A stretch of DNA of 64,000 nucleotides from Malacoraja senta (taxonomy: Eukaryota). Shown piece after piece: positions 12,301-24,740 of the stretch. The notes under the pieces were generated by a model. The model saw nothing but the letters and a program-made list of their open reading frames with translations, was not told the DNA's origin and did no database searches. How positions within the stretch are numbered: position 1 is the first letter of the stretch; each line of letters starts with the position of its first letter. The stretch spans positions 434,001 through 498,000 of the forward strand of contig JAXLNO010002386.1 in assembly GCA_038087875.1 (NCBI GenBank), in the 5' to 3' direction. The position numbers and the translations under genes are program-made.

Positions 12301-12959
12301 GGACCGGGCAAGTCGGTGTAGGAGGGAGCTTTCCGATGTTACTGACCACAAACACCACTCTAGACTCAGCTCCCACTCGTTCAAGTGTAACTTGGCCTTC
12401 CGCCAGCCACTGCCGCTCCTACGACTTTACAGATACACGGACAAATCCTCCCTAATTAGAGGAATCTTTGAACAAAGAAAGTCTCTGCAGATCGACAAAG
12501 CTCTGAACTGCAAAGTCTGACTGCTTTTGTTTCTCCCTGCCAAACAAAACCTTCCGAAAAGTTCATCCAATCCTCCCCGCCAGCAGAACAGCTCCTCACC
12601 TGGCCCTGCTCTGGGAGTAGAAGTGGGGGCGGATCCGGACCACAACGGCCGTGAGCCCCAGGCCGTGTCCGGCGATCGTTTGCCCACTTCTGCTGCTGTT
12701 GAAAGTGAGACGTTGCGTCGCGCCAGGGTCTTGGGCCTGACCCACTTTGGCCGTCAGTTCCGCGACAGGCCGTTGGCGCACGAAGATTTCATTCACTACA
12801 AAATTTTCGGAGCCCCGCGCAATGTCGCGCACAACTACATACCCCTCCACACTTCCAAGTGCGACTGGCCCCGTGCGGCCATACAATGCCCGTACGCCTC
12901 AACGCGACCACAAGGTCGCATAATTTGTGTGCCAAGGACACGTAAGTGGGACAGGCCCT
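9319..12959. mobile_element. PIF/Harbinger-type non-autonomous element (MITE) carrying nested insertions
   Basis: TIRs AGG(G)GCCTGTCCCACTT / AAGTGGGACAGGCCCT, imperfectly extending about 45 bp; TAA on both sides (9316-9318, 12960-12962) fits a 3-bp TWA TSD. Confidence 0.8.
9664..12600 (-). mobile_element. Tx1-clade (L1 group) non-LTR retrotransposon, internally deleted
   Basis: ORF 10759-12057(-) is the RT (KNWRPVSLLSTDYK, DQEKAFDRVEH, GVRQGCPMSG, AYADDV). ORF 9879-10898(-) is the C-terminal Zn knuckle (CHFCGEEETVFHVYIEC). Poly(A) reads as poly-T at 9663-9678. Flanking TGGCCC(C/T)GCTCT at 9652-9663 and 12601-12612. Confidence 0.85.
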
Positions 12960-13919
12960 TAAAAATACCAAGGAAAGGTAGCGCAGCTACACATCACTGG
13001 ATACCTTTAACCTGTTCAATGCCATCGCCAAGTACACTAGGGGTCATGGCCAATAGTGAAAAATAAACTTGGCAGTGAACAGCTTAATGGTCTCCATATT
13101 TTAGAGAAAGCCTTCAATGCCCATGATGGGTGAGCCTTATTATATCTATGTTTCTCTAAATATAGGAAGCACTTTTGTGGTAAAAGATGGGGCAGCTCGG
13201 GCCTCGAAAAGATCCAACCTTATGTGCAGCTTTACATTTGTTTATATGCAATAAGCAAAAAGAACACAATAGAAGATAAAACATGATAATAATTATAAGC
13301 AAAGCCAAGAGATCGTGGCCTTACACGAGATGCTGCCTTGCAGCACCAGAGACCCGGGTTTGAACCCGACTACGAGTGGTGACTGTACGGAGTTTGCATG
13401 TTCTCCCCGTAACCTGCGTGGCTTTTCTCTGAGATGTAGGTAAATTGGCTTGGTGTAAATGTAAATTGTCCCTACTATGGGCTGAAGGGCCTGTTTCAGC
13501 ACTGTATCTCCAAAGCAGTGGTTCTTAACCTGGGGGTCGTTTGTGGTTTATCTGGGGGGTCATGAATGGGTTGAAAAGAACATCAATTTGTTGAGCCTAT
13601 TTTTAGGAACCTAACAAAGGTACATACCACACACAATATTTTTTTCACGAATGCGCGTACGTATAAACAGGGCCTATGAGAGGGGGGTGCAGGGGGTACA
13701 TCGTACCCGGGAGCTGAAGGAGGGGGAACGGGAATTTCCTGAAATCTCAGAAAATGTTTGCATATATTTTGTGAAGACTAGCATTCACTATTTGTGTGAG
13801 CCGACAGAGTTTTATATATCGTAATTCGTAGAAATTGTGATCCGTAATAAAGCAGGGAATTTTAACTGGCGAGTGTGTGGTCGGAGTAACCTTATTAAAA
13901 GAGGGGGAAGGGGAAGAAC

Positions 13920-14150
13920 CATCACTACTGATGGATCTTCCCTGCAGGAGGGGGGGGGGGGGTGCAGCATTAGGACCCAACAGAGTCATCACTACTGATG
14001 GATCTTCCCTGTAGGAGGAGGGAGAACATGAGGACCCCACAGAGTCATCACTACTGATGGGTCTTCCCTGTAGGAGAAGGAGGGGGAGAGCATGAGGACC
14101 CCACAGAATCATCACTACTGATGGGTCTTCCATGTAGGAGGGGGGGAGCA
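13920..14150. repeat. Minisatellite, 4 units of about 59-67 bp
   Basis: CATCACTACTGATGG(A/G)TCTTCC recurs at 13920, 13987, 14046 and 14110 with G-rich linkers. Confidence 0.9.
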
Positions 14151-14454
14151 CTAGGAGCCAGCAATCAGACCATGTGCTGTCTGCATGGTTTAGGTTGTGG
14201 GCCTGGTGCTATGCCGGGAACTCTGGTGAGGTGACGGCTCTGGCCCGCTGGTGGCCGGTGGAGAGGCAAGGGTCGGCAGAGTCGCTGGTGGGGAGCTGGA
14301 GTAGAGATATGGGCAGCAGCATCGGTGGCTTTCTGAAGACAGTGAAGGTCGGCGACAGTGGCTGCTGTGGCCCTGCCCGGGGAGGTGGTGAGAGTCAGGA
14401 GCCGCGGCTGTTTCAGTGGTCCGGACCTGGGTTTGGATCAGTATGTGGATGGGT

Positions 14455-14545
14455 GGGTGTGAGTGAGGGTGTGTGTGTGTGTGTGTGTGGATGTGTGTGG
14501 GTGTATGTGAGTAGGTGAGTGTGTGTCTGCGTGTATGTGTGTGTT
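14455..14545. repeat. (GT)n-rich microsatellite
   Basis: Direct inspection. Confidence 0.9.
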
Positions 14546-16136
14546 AGTGGGAGGGTGAATTTTATAAATGAAGTTAAAACCATTAGATCTGTTGAACTTG
14601 TTAACAGACTATTGACTTGGTAACCTGTTTCCAAATGTTTGTGTTGGCTTCAGAATACCATTAACAATTCCAGCAACAGTAGCTTCTGCAGAGGTCATTT
14701 AGCAAACTCAAGCTGATTAAGAATTATTTAAGGTCGACAATGTCTCATGAACGTCTTGTGGATTTGGCCAGGCTAAGTATTCAAAGTCAGTTTTATTCAT
14801 CACATACACCCGAAGGTGCAGTGCAGTGAATTTGCCAGCAGTGATACACGTAAAAAGAACACACAATACACAATAAAATTGAACACAAACATCCACTACA
14901 GCATTTTTCACTGTGGTGGAAGGCAACAAGTTTCAGCAAGTCCTCCTCCTTTGTTCACCCGTGTTCGGGGCCATAACCCCTCCGTAGTCGCAACTAGGGA
15001 CGGCCCGATGTACAAGGCCCTCTCGTTGGGATGATCCAAACTCCGATGTTGGGACGGACAAACACACTCTGTGCGGCTTGGAGGTCCCGACTCGGCACTT
15101 TCCTACTGGAGACCGCAGCTTCAGGATGTTATAGGCCGCAGGCCAGCAGTTCTGCGGTTAAATATTAAAGGATGTTTCAATGTGAATTCTTTCTCCTTAT
15201 CTGTATTGTAGCATAAACAAAGATGTTCAAAACAAAGGTAGATAAAATGCTGGAGAAACTCAACGGGTGAGGCAGCATCTATAGAGTGAAGGAAAACAAA
15301 TGTGCTTTCTGATCCTTTTATTTTATTTATACTTATTTATATTTATCATGGCGGGAGTATAGGGACATAAGGCCTCAAATGCAGAAAATCAACAGAGCGC
15401 CCCATCCCACCCCTCTCTCATCTTCCATACCCCTTTTTGCCGTGCAGGCTACAGCTCATGGCATAAAACTGTAGCATAGTGGATAAAAACAGGATGACTA
15501 TTGGAGAAGGGAAGGGGGCCCAAAAGATACTTTGTACCCACTGATAAAATTCCTCTGAGGCCCTGCGTATACACGCACAAACAGTGTGTGTTGTGAACCA
15601 TGTCTTCCAAGATGCGCATGTATCGTGAGGCATTTCCCAAGTTGGGCTTCACAAGCATTGTTCAAAATCCGTGGTCAAGCTGCAATGTGTTCTCTGTGCC
15701 AAGGTGTTGAGTCACGAGAGCATGAAGCCCAGCAAATTGAAGATCCATTTGGAGTCTTGTCACAGCAACCTGCCGGGGAAGAGCGTGGACTGTTCAAACG
15801 AAAAGAAACCGTACTCAAGGGTTCAACGGGGCACTGTGCTCATCAAAATGAAGCAGCTTTGGAGGCTTCATACCGGATTGCTTATCGAATCACACAGACT
15901 AAGAAACCTCACAGCATCGGTGAAGAGCTTATCAAGCCATGCCTTCTCGAAGCAGCAAAGTTGGTGCTGGGGGAAGAGCAGTCAAACAAGTTCAGGCAGA
16001 TTTCCCTTTTGAATGACAGTCAAAAGTTGAATCTCGGATATGAGTAATGATATTCTGCTGCAAGTAGTGAGGGCTGTGACGAGCAGTCCAGTGTATTCAC
16101 TGCAACTGGACAAGGCAACAGATGTTGCCTCATGTT

Positions 16137-16260
16137 GTTAAAGAAGGAACTGCAGATGCTGGAAAATCGAAGGTACACAAAAATGCTGGAGAAACTCAGC
16201 GGGTGCAGCAGCATCTATGGAGCGAAGGAAATAGGCAACGTTTCGGGCCGAAACCCTTCT
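16137..16260 (-). mobile_element. Short Penelope terminal fragment with 14-bp flanking direct repeat
   Basis: TGTTGCCTCATGTT at 16123-16136 and 16261-16274 flanks an AACTGCAGATGCTGG...CGTTTCGGGCCGAAACCCTTCT module inside the hAT transposase. Confidence 0.75.
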
Positions 16261-16296
16261 TGTTGCCTCATGTTCCCAACTACTAGTCTACGTTTG

Positions 16297-16873
16297 TTAG
16301 AGATTAGAGATTAGAGATTCCTTTATTTGTCATTCAGACCTTTCGGTCTGAACGAAATTTCGTTGCCTGCAGTCATACATATAATAATAAATAACAAAAC
16401 ACGGACGCAGCTGTAGTTGCGGGAGCTCCAGAAAAACAGGTCACCCACCTGTGACCTGCGAGCTCCCGACGATGTCGTCCACCGGGCCCGCGGCCGAGCC
16501 TCCGGATTCAGGTCGCCACCAGTGTCCTCGGTCGCCACCGCCGGAATGCCACCGCAGCCCCGAAGTTGGCCAGCCCCGCGCTGGTAAGTCCTCACTCTGC
16601 CTCCGGAGCCTCGAGGTCGGTCGGTCGCAGTTGGAGTTGGAGGCCGGCAGCTCCGCCATTAGGCCTCAGCGCAGACGGAGGCAGAGAAGGGGGATACGAC
16701 AAGAAAAAGTCGCACTCCCCCGAAGGAAGAGACAAAAATCATGTTTCACCCCCCCACCCCACACATAGACAACCCAATAAACAAAAATTTAAACTAAAAG
16801 AAAACAACAAAAAAAGTAAAAACAGACGGACTGCAGGCGAGCCGCTGCTGTTCGACAGCGCCGCCACTTCCGG
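16297..16873 (-). mobile_element. Non-autonomous retroelement with Rex1/L2-type 3' tail, inside the hAT transposase
   Basis: Minus-strand ATGACAAATAAAG followed by an (AATCTCT)n tail; GC-rich non-coding body; hAT reading resumes after about 16893. Confidence 0.55.
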
Positions 16874-17205
16874 AGTGGCAGCGCTGTCGAACCTCGATGG
16901 AGTAGCCATGACGGAGGAGTACCTGTTCTCGGAGCCATTGGCTACTACCACTCGGGGAGAAGATGTGTTCAGAATGCTGGAAGCCTTCCTCATCAAACAT
17001 GAGCTTGGCTGGGAACGCCTTGTCGGGATGTGTACAGATGGGGCACCTTCCATGGTCGGTTGCAGATCCAGTTTCCAAGCCTTCGTGAAGGTTGTCGCTC
17101 CCCATGTCTCCTTCACCCACTGCATGATACATCGCCATGCTTTAGCAATGAAGACTCTCGCTCTTGGTCTTCGAGAAGTGCTTTCAGATGTGGTGAAGAT
17201 TGTGA

Positions 17206-17346
<141 letters not shown>

Positions 17347-18479
17347 TGAGAGGAAATAGCGCTGTTCTTGGAGAGAAGGTGTACTGAGAAGGAGAATCAG
17401 CTTCATGAAAAGAGGCAGGATGAACTGTTCGTGATGAAGGTTGCTTACTTGGCTGACTTCTTCGCCGAGATGAATTCCTTGAACCTGTCACTTCAAGGAA
17501 ACCTCCCAATGGCAAAGTGGCAGCATTCAGGAGGAACCTTTACCAGAGAAGAGTCCAGGACGGTGACTCGACTATCTTCCCTGAGATGACAACTCTCCTG
17601 GATGCTATGCCTGATGCTGAATGCCACTTCCACGAGGAGATCTCAACCCACCTTCTGGCAATTAGTGAAGCCATCGAACGTTATTTCCCCAGACTGGACG
17701 ACTGCTCTCATGATGAGTGGATCATCCGACCCTTTTCCGTTGAAGACGGTGGCATCAGTGATACTGACGTGACTGCGAAGGTTGAATTTTACCGAATTCG
17801 TGGAGATGCGCAACTCAAGAGTGACTTCATGGAACAAGGGCTCGCCACGTTTTGGCTGGAAGTGAAGGACTGTCCTGTTCTTTCAAAGAGGGCCTTGACC
17901 CTATTGGTCCAGTCCCCCTCAACCTCTCACTGTGAGGGTGGATTTTCAACTATGGTAACTCTGAAAACGAAGGTACGCAATAGGCTTGTGATCGACACTG
18001 ACATGAGATGCTGCCTGTCGAGCATTCGTCCATGTTTTGATTGCCTGATGACTGCGAAGCAATTTCAGCCATCCCATTGACTGAGCATTGGCCGCGATGT
18101 TAAAGTCTTGCAGGCTCTCACAGTTGGAGCCCTAAAGTCGATCCCTGACAAGGATTGCGAGCTCCATGATGGTAAGTCCACAAGCTCCTGCGATGGATCT
18201 CCCGGTCGATCTCTAGCAAAGGCCGCCATTCCTCAATGTTAGGCCGCATTGTGGACGGAGATACGATACAGAAAATATCGCATCAACGTCGAGGTAAGAG
18301 AATAGGAAAAGTTCCACACAACTCCCCCAACCCCCCCTCCGCCCAAAAAACAAGCTTAAGAACACTAAAGAATATACATTTAACACGTACAAAACGGACA
18401 CAAAGAAGGAAGGGACAGACATACCGTTGGCGAGGCAACCATTGCAGCAAAAGGTGGATTGCTTAAGGATATAGAAGGG

Positions 18480-19370
18480 AATATGTGCTTGGAGTTTGTG
18501 GATATAGGCGAGGTTTGGTTTCACCAAGGAAGACATGTAGAATAGTAAGGACCATTAATAGTAAGTACATCATAAAATCCTCCAACATTTCTGCCACCTC
18601 CAACTGGATCCCACTACTGGTCACATCTTCCCATCTCCACCCCTTTCTGCTTTCCGCAGAGACCTTTCCCTCCGAAACTCCCTGGTCAACTCGTCCCTTC
18701 ACACCCAAACCACCCGCTCCCCGGATACTTTCCCCTGCAACCGCAGGAGATGCAACACCTGTCCCTTTACGTCCCCCCTCGACTCTGTCCAAGGACCTAA
18801 AGTCTTTCCAGGTGAGGCAGAAGTTCACTTGCACCTCTTCCAACCTCATCTACTGTATCCGCTGTTTCAGTTGTCAACTTCTCTACATCATGTGAGACCA
18901 AGTGCAGGCGCGGCGATCGTTTTGCTGAACACTTCCGCTCAGTCCGTCTTACCCTACCCGATCTCCCGGTGGCTCAGCACTTCAACTCCCCCTCCCATTC
19001 CGAATCTGACCTTTCTGTCCTGGGCCTCCTCCATTGTCAGAGTGAGGCCCAGCCCAAATTGGAGGAACAGCACCTCATATTTCGCTTGGATAGTCTATAT
19101 TCCAGCGGTATGAGCATTGACTTCTAATACTTTCGATAGCCCTTGATTTCTCTCTCCATCCCCTCCCCCTTCCCAATTCTGCCACCAGTCTTACTGTCTC
19201 CGCCGACATTCTATCTTTGTCCCTCCCCTGACATCAGTCTGAAGAAGGGTCTCGACCCAAAACAATGCCCATTCCATCTCTCCAGGGAAGCTGCCTGACC
19301 CACTGAGTTACGCCAGCATTTTGTGTCTCTCTTCGATTTTAACATCTGCAGCATCTGCAGTTCTTTCTTA
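18480..19370 (+). mobile_element. Penelope-like element 3' part (GIY-YIG endonuclease, degraded)
   Basis: QVRQKFTCTSSNLIYCIRC...LLYI, DRFAEH, PVAQHFNSPSH, KLEEQHLIFRL; followed by the terminal CTGAAGAAGGGTCTCGACCC module at 19239. Confidence 0.9.
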
Positions 19371-19499
19371 CACATGGAGAATCAATGTGGAGAATGCTAA
19401 CATGCAGGGACACTTTGAAGTTAAGCAAGAAGGAGATGTTGGATCACTTGAAGAGAAATGTGGATAAATCCCCAGGACAGAGGGGTGTAGTGGATGATA

Positions 19500-19950
19500 A
19501 TAATAAGCGTTGAAAACATTAGTGCCGTGCTGGTTTCCGATGGGCACGGTGACGGACGCACCACACATCTCTGTCCTCCATGCAGCTGGCAGGCGCCTCG
19601 TTTATCTCTACACATGCGTCTTCCATCAACGTCTTCACCATCGTCTTGATTGGCCATCCTGGGTCAAGTCTTCCATGGGTGGGTTCCCACAGCACAACCT
19701 TGTTTGCTGGCATTTCTGGGTGGCGGAGCCAGAGACCTGCGAGCCTCATCCTTCTCAACGTGATCTTCTCGGTCAGAGGTGGATTCTCCCCATAGAGCTG
19801 GGCGTTGGTGATGTGGTCCCTCCATCTGACATTTTGAACTTTTCCGAGCATTCGGGTGTAGGTACCATCGAGAGTCTAGGACAGTGCTGGAGTGAGAGTC
19901 CATGCCTCACACCCATACAATAATATGGTCTCTACAGTTGCACGGAAAGA
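19500..19950 (-). mobile_element. RTE-clade LINE 3' fragment
   Basis: ORF 19519-19851(-): VRWRDHITNAQLYG...RRMRLAG...HPEMPANKVVLWEPTHGR...MEDRDVW. Confidence 0.75.
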
Positions 19951-20109
19951 CAAATATTCAGGCTGTAGTTCAGTGACAAGTAGAGTTCTGCAGGGATCCG
20001 TGCTGTGACCCTTGCTACTTGTGACATATATAAATGACTTGGACCCTGGTGTTCAGAAATTACCCATTCATAACAATGAATCAAATAATGATTTTTATTT
20101 TTATTTCAG

Positions 20110-20385
20110 ATTATCACTACGTTCAAGGACAGTTTGGTTGTGAGGTGAACGATCACAGTCCCACTGCAGGGATATTGAAGTTGGCTTTTGATGGAAGTTA
20201 TGCATTTAGTTTTGATAAGGACAAATTAAAGTGGACGGTGCATGATCCAATAGCTGAGCCCTTCAAAGAGAAATGGGACAAGAATGAAAAAATGAACCGT
20301 TATTTTAAGAGCTTGTTAGAACATGACTGTGTGGATCTATGGCTTACATACTATGCAATTGGAAAGACATACCTGACCAGAAAAG
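20110..20385 (+). CDS. MHC class I-like alpha2-domain exon (intact, 276 bp)
   Basis: TTTATTTCAG acceptor, AG/GTGAGT donor, phase 1-1. Reads YHYVQGQFGCEVNDHSPTAGILKLAFDGSYAFSFDKDKLKWTVHDPIAEPFKEKWDKNEKMNRYFKSLLEHDCVDLWLTYYAIGKTYLTRK, with both alpha2 cysteines, FDG, FD...W and KW. Confidence 0.95.
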
Positions 20386-20702
20386 GTGAGTTCAGAACAA
20401 AGGATGTTGTTTTGTGATGGTAGGCAATGAGTAATATTTCACTCTGAGGCAATGAGTAATATTATCTCTGACCCAATCATGACAGAGGGAAAGGTCATTC
20501 GGCCCATTGCTTCTATGCTAGTTTTCTATGCAATGTCGACAAACTGTTCCACAGCTCTCTCTCGCAACTTGCACTCGGCTCCCTTGGATTCTCCTTGGAT
20601 TCAGCTCCACGACAGATAATTTGCAATGTCCAACTAACTCACTGGCACGTCTTTGGTATATGGGACAAAACTGGAGCACATGGAGGAAGCCAACTGAGTC
20701 AT

Positions 20703-22700
20703 AAGGTCATAAGTGATGGCTGCAGCATTAGAACATTCGGCCCATCAAGTCGACTTCGCCAGTCAATCATGGCTGATCTATCTCTCCCTCCTAACCCCAT
20801 TCTCCTGCCTTCTCCCCATAACCTCTGACCTGCATACTAATCAAGAATTAAAAATACCCATTGACGGACTCCACAGCCTTCTGTGGCAAATAATTCCACA
20901 GAATCACCATCCTCTGACAAAATAAATTCCTCCTCATCTCTTTCCTAAGGGAATGTCCTTTAATATTGAGACTATGACCTCTCGTCGTAGACTCTCCCAC
21001 CATTGGAGACATCCTCTCCACATCCACATCTATCCAAGCCTTTCACTATTTGTTTAAAAAAATATATATATTTTTATTAGAAGCATGTGCATATCATAAT
21101 ACAAACATTTCTTATATATCAATCCTACTTTGCTAATAGGTGGGAATCCAGCTATCAAAATAATAGTGGTCCTCCTTTATCAATTGTATATTAAATCTGC
21201 TTCTATTTAGTTTTGTTTTATAGATAGAAAGTGAGAAATTTAAAAAAAGGCATGATAAAGAAGAATGGAATAATTTACCAATAATACAAATTTGGAGATA
21301 AGTCCGTAGGTTATAAAGCATAAACTATTCATCTAATCCTGAGCTTGGATTTCAGTCAGATTCCTGTGCTGAACCAATTTACCCTTTCAAAAAATCAATA
21401 AATAGAAACCTTATTCTATTAAATAATTCAAGTTTGTCAATTAAGACAAGTCTAGTTCTTTCCAAATGTAAGGTCTCTGACATTTCCATAATCCACATTT
21501 TAATTGTGGGGGTTATAGGACCTTTCCAAAATTTTAATATTAATTTTTTCCCAATTATTATACTATAATCAAGAAAGTTTCTTTGGTTTATTGTAAGTCT
21601 TAGGCTTTGTTCTGACGTTCCTAATATTATTAGTTTTGAGTCGGGATCCAATTGGGTATTGACTACTTCAGAAATTATTCTGAAAATGTCCTTCCAGAAA
21701 TTTTTGGTTTTTATACAATTTACAAAGGTATGAGTTAAATTAGCCTCTAAATGCTGGCATTTATCACAAATAGGAGAGATATGTGGGAAGATTCTATTTA
21801 ATTTTGTTTAAGAATAATGTAATCTATGTAATACTTTAAATTGTATTAAGGCATGTCTGGCATTTAACGAGCATTGATGTATATATTGTAGACTTTCGTC
21901 CCAAATATCTTTCGTTATGGGTTGGCCTAATTCATTTTCCCATGTGTGTCTATATAAATCCGTCGGCGAGACCTCACTATCTAAGAGGGTATTATAAATA
22001 TGAGATATTAATTTTTCTGTATTAGGATGTTTATTCAAACATCAAGGATTTCTGGTTCCCTAGTTCTGTAATCTTGTGTATTTGATTTAATGTAATCTTT
22101 AAGTTGTAAATATCTGAAAAAGTTATTTGAGTGTAGTCCGTAAATCTGTTGTAACTCCTGAAATGAAAGAAAAGTGCTTTTCCTATAAAGATGACCAATC
22201 TTTTTAATTCCATAATTTTTCCATTGTGTAAAGCCTTTATCCAACATGGAGGGTTTGAATAAAGGGTTGTTTATAATGGGGAGACAGAGTGATAAATTAT
22301 CCAATTTTAAAGTCTTTTTTAATTGTTTCCAAATTCGTATACCACTATATATTATAGGATTTTCACTATAGGTTTTTTAATGCAATTTTGTGGGAGAAAA
22401 CATAATCAAACCAATTTCAAAAGGCAAACAGACTTTCACTATTTTGTATGATTCAATGAGGTCCCCCCTTTATTCGTCTAAACTCCAGCAAGTACAGGCC
22501 CACTGTCATCAAATGGTCATCATATGTTAACCCATTCATTCCTGGGATCATTCTTGTACACCTCCTCTGGACCCTCTCTAGAGCCAGCACCTCCTTCCTC
22601 AGATATGGTGCCCAAAATTGCTCACAATGCTCCAAATGTGGTTTGACTGGCGCCTTATAGAACCTCAGCATTACATCCCTGTTTGACAGGGAGAAAGTGT
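20703..22700 (-). mobile_element. CR1 3' fragment split by an L1 insertion
   Basis: CR1 tail at 20703-21051 and ORF 22453-22716(-) (FYKAPVKPHLEHCEQFWAPYLRK) are collinear once the L1 is removed. Confidence 0.75.
21052..22432 (-). mobile_element. AT-rich L1-clade LINE 3' fragment with 12-bp TSD
   Basis: SLNARHALIQFKVLHRLHYS, KKLILKFWKGPITPTIKMW, FRYLQLKDYI; CTTTCACTATTT at 21040-21051 and 22433-22444. Confidence 0.8.
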
Positions 22701-23319
22701 AATTGATGTCTTTCATAGTAGTTAACCATGGATTTTATTGACCACAGTTGACAGCCCCTAATGGGATTGCATGTCTATCACACATTTCAAAAGAGCACAG
22801 CGTTAAGCTTCGAAGGGCAAAATTTACACGAGATCTGCAGGTCAAGTGTTTTTTTTCACAGAGAGAGATTGATACCTAGAATGCGCTACCAGGAGTGGTG
22901 GTAGAGGAGGACATGATAATGGTGCTCAAGAAGGTTTTGGACAGGCTTGTGGGTATGCAGGGAATACAAGGATATGGATCACATGCAGGCAGTGGAGATT
23001 AGTTTTGGTTTAGTTTAGAGATAGAGTATGGAAACAGGAACTTTGGGCCACTGAGTCCACACGGGCCAGCAATTGTCCATTCACTATTTCTGTCCTTCAA
23101 GCTAGGGACAATTTACAGAAGCCAATTAACCTACAAACCTGCACGTCTTTTGTATTTGGGAGGAAACCGGAGCCCCCAGAGAAAACCCACAGGGTGACAG
23201 AGAGAACGTACAAACTCCATCCAGACAGCACTCTAGTCAGGATCGAACCCGGGTCTCTAATGCTGTAAGACAGCCACTCTATCACAGTGCCTCTGTGTTG
23301 CCTTAGTTTAACTTGGTAT

Positions 23320-24740
23320 CCTGTTGCTCTTACTTCAACTGTTGCTCTTACTTCAACTGTGATGAAGTGTTTTGAGAGGCTGGTCCTGGCCCACATTAAA
23401 TCCTCACTCCCATCCACCCTGGATCAGCATCAGTTTGCATACAGAGCTAACAGGTCAACAGAGGACGCCATCAACATAGCTCTACATTCTGCACTGACTC
23501 ACCTGGAGCGCCCCAGCTCATATGTGAGGATGTTGTTTGTAGATTTTAGTTCTGCATTCAATACCATCATCCCCAGCAGAATGGTGGACAAACTGGGTGT
23601 AAATGCCAACACATGCAGATGGATCAAGGACTTCTTAACAGATCGCCCACTGACTGTCAGGATGGGGTCCAATCACTCCCCAGTCCTGCCGCTCAGCACA
23701 GGAGCGCCACAAGGTTGTGTGCTGAGTCCCATTCTCTACACAATATACACCCATGACTACACACCTACACACAGCACAAACCGGATCATTAAGTTTGCAG
23801 ATGACACGACTGTGGTGGGGCTGATAAATAACAACGACGAGTCTGCCTACAGAGATGAAGTCCAAAAACTGACTGTCTGGTGCACTAACAATAACCTGGT
23901 ACTCAACTCAACCAAAACAAAAGAACTGGTTATTGACTTCAGGAGGAGGAGAGAGGAACCTGCTCCTCTCTAGATCAAAGGAGACATGGTGGAGAGAGTC
24001 ACTGACTTTAAGTTCCTGGGCACATACATCTCCCAGGACCTCACATGGACAGTGAACACCATCACTCTTGTAAAGAAGTCACAGCAGCGGCTATATTTCC
24101 TGAGGTCTCTGCGGAGAGCAAATGTCTCACAGCAGCTGCTGCTGTCCTTCTACCGGTGCGCCGTGGAAAGCATCCTCTCCTATGGCATCCTGGTATGGTT
24201 TGCTTGCTGCACTGTGGCTGAAAGGAAGCCACTACAGAGAGTTATTAAAGCAGCACAGAGCATCACAAACGCTCAACTACAACGCTCAAACCCTGAAAGA
24301 CATTTACAGGGCCCGATGTTTGCGTCGGGCCACAAACATCACACAGGACTCATCCCACCCTGCCAACCACCTTTTCACTCTGCTGCCTTCTGGGAAGCGA
24401 TACAGGTGTCTGAAGGCCCACACTTGAAGACTAATTAACAGTTTCTACCCGTGTGCCATTAAAGAACTAAACTCAAATAGATAACACTGGGGGCAACACA
24501 ACACAATTCGTGGTGCAATATAAAAAATTGTCTGCTGGAGTGTGCAATATAATGTGCAGTATTTCTACTATCTATTTATTTATTTTATTCATTGATCTTG
24601 CTGGTAATATGAGAGTTAATGTGTTTTTGTACTTTTAAATCTTTTTATCCTGTCTTTTATTGTATACAACTGAAGGAGATGCATTCAAATTTCGTTGTAC
24701 AGTTGCTGTGCAATGACAATAAAACGTATTGTATTCGATT
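23320..24740 (+). mobile_element. Rex1/Babar-like LINE, 5'-truncated
   Basis: ORFs 23287-23973 (PVALTSTVMKCFERLV, FVDFSSAFNTI, GAPQGCVLSP, KFADDTTVVGLI) and 23986-24438; TGACAATAAA 3' end with GTATT-type tail. Confidence 0.9.
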
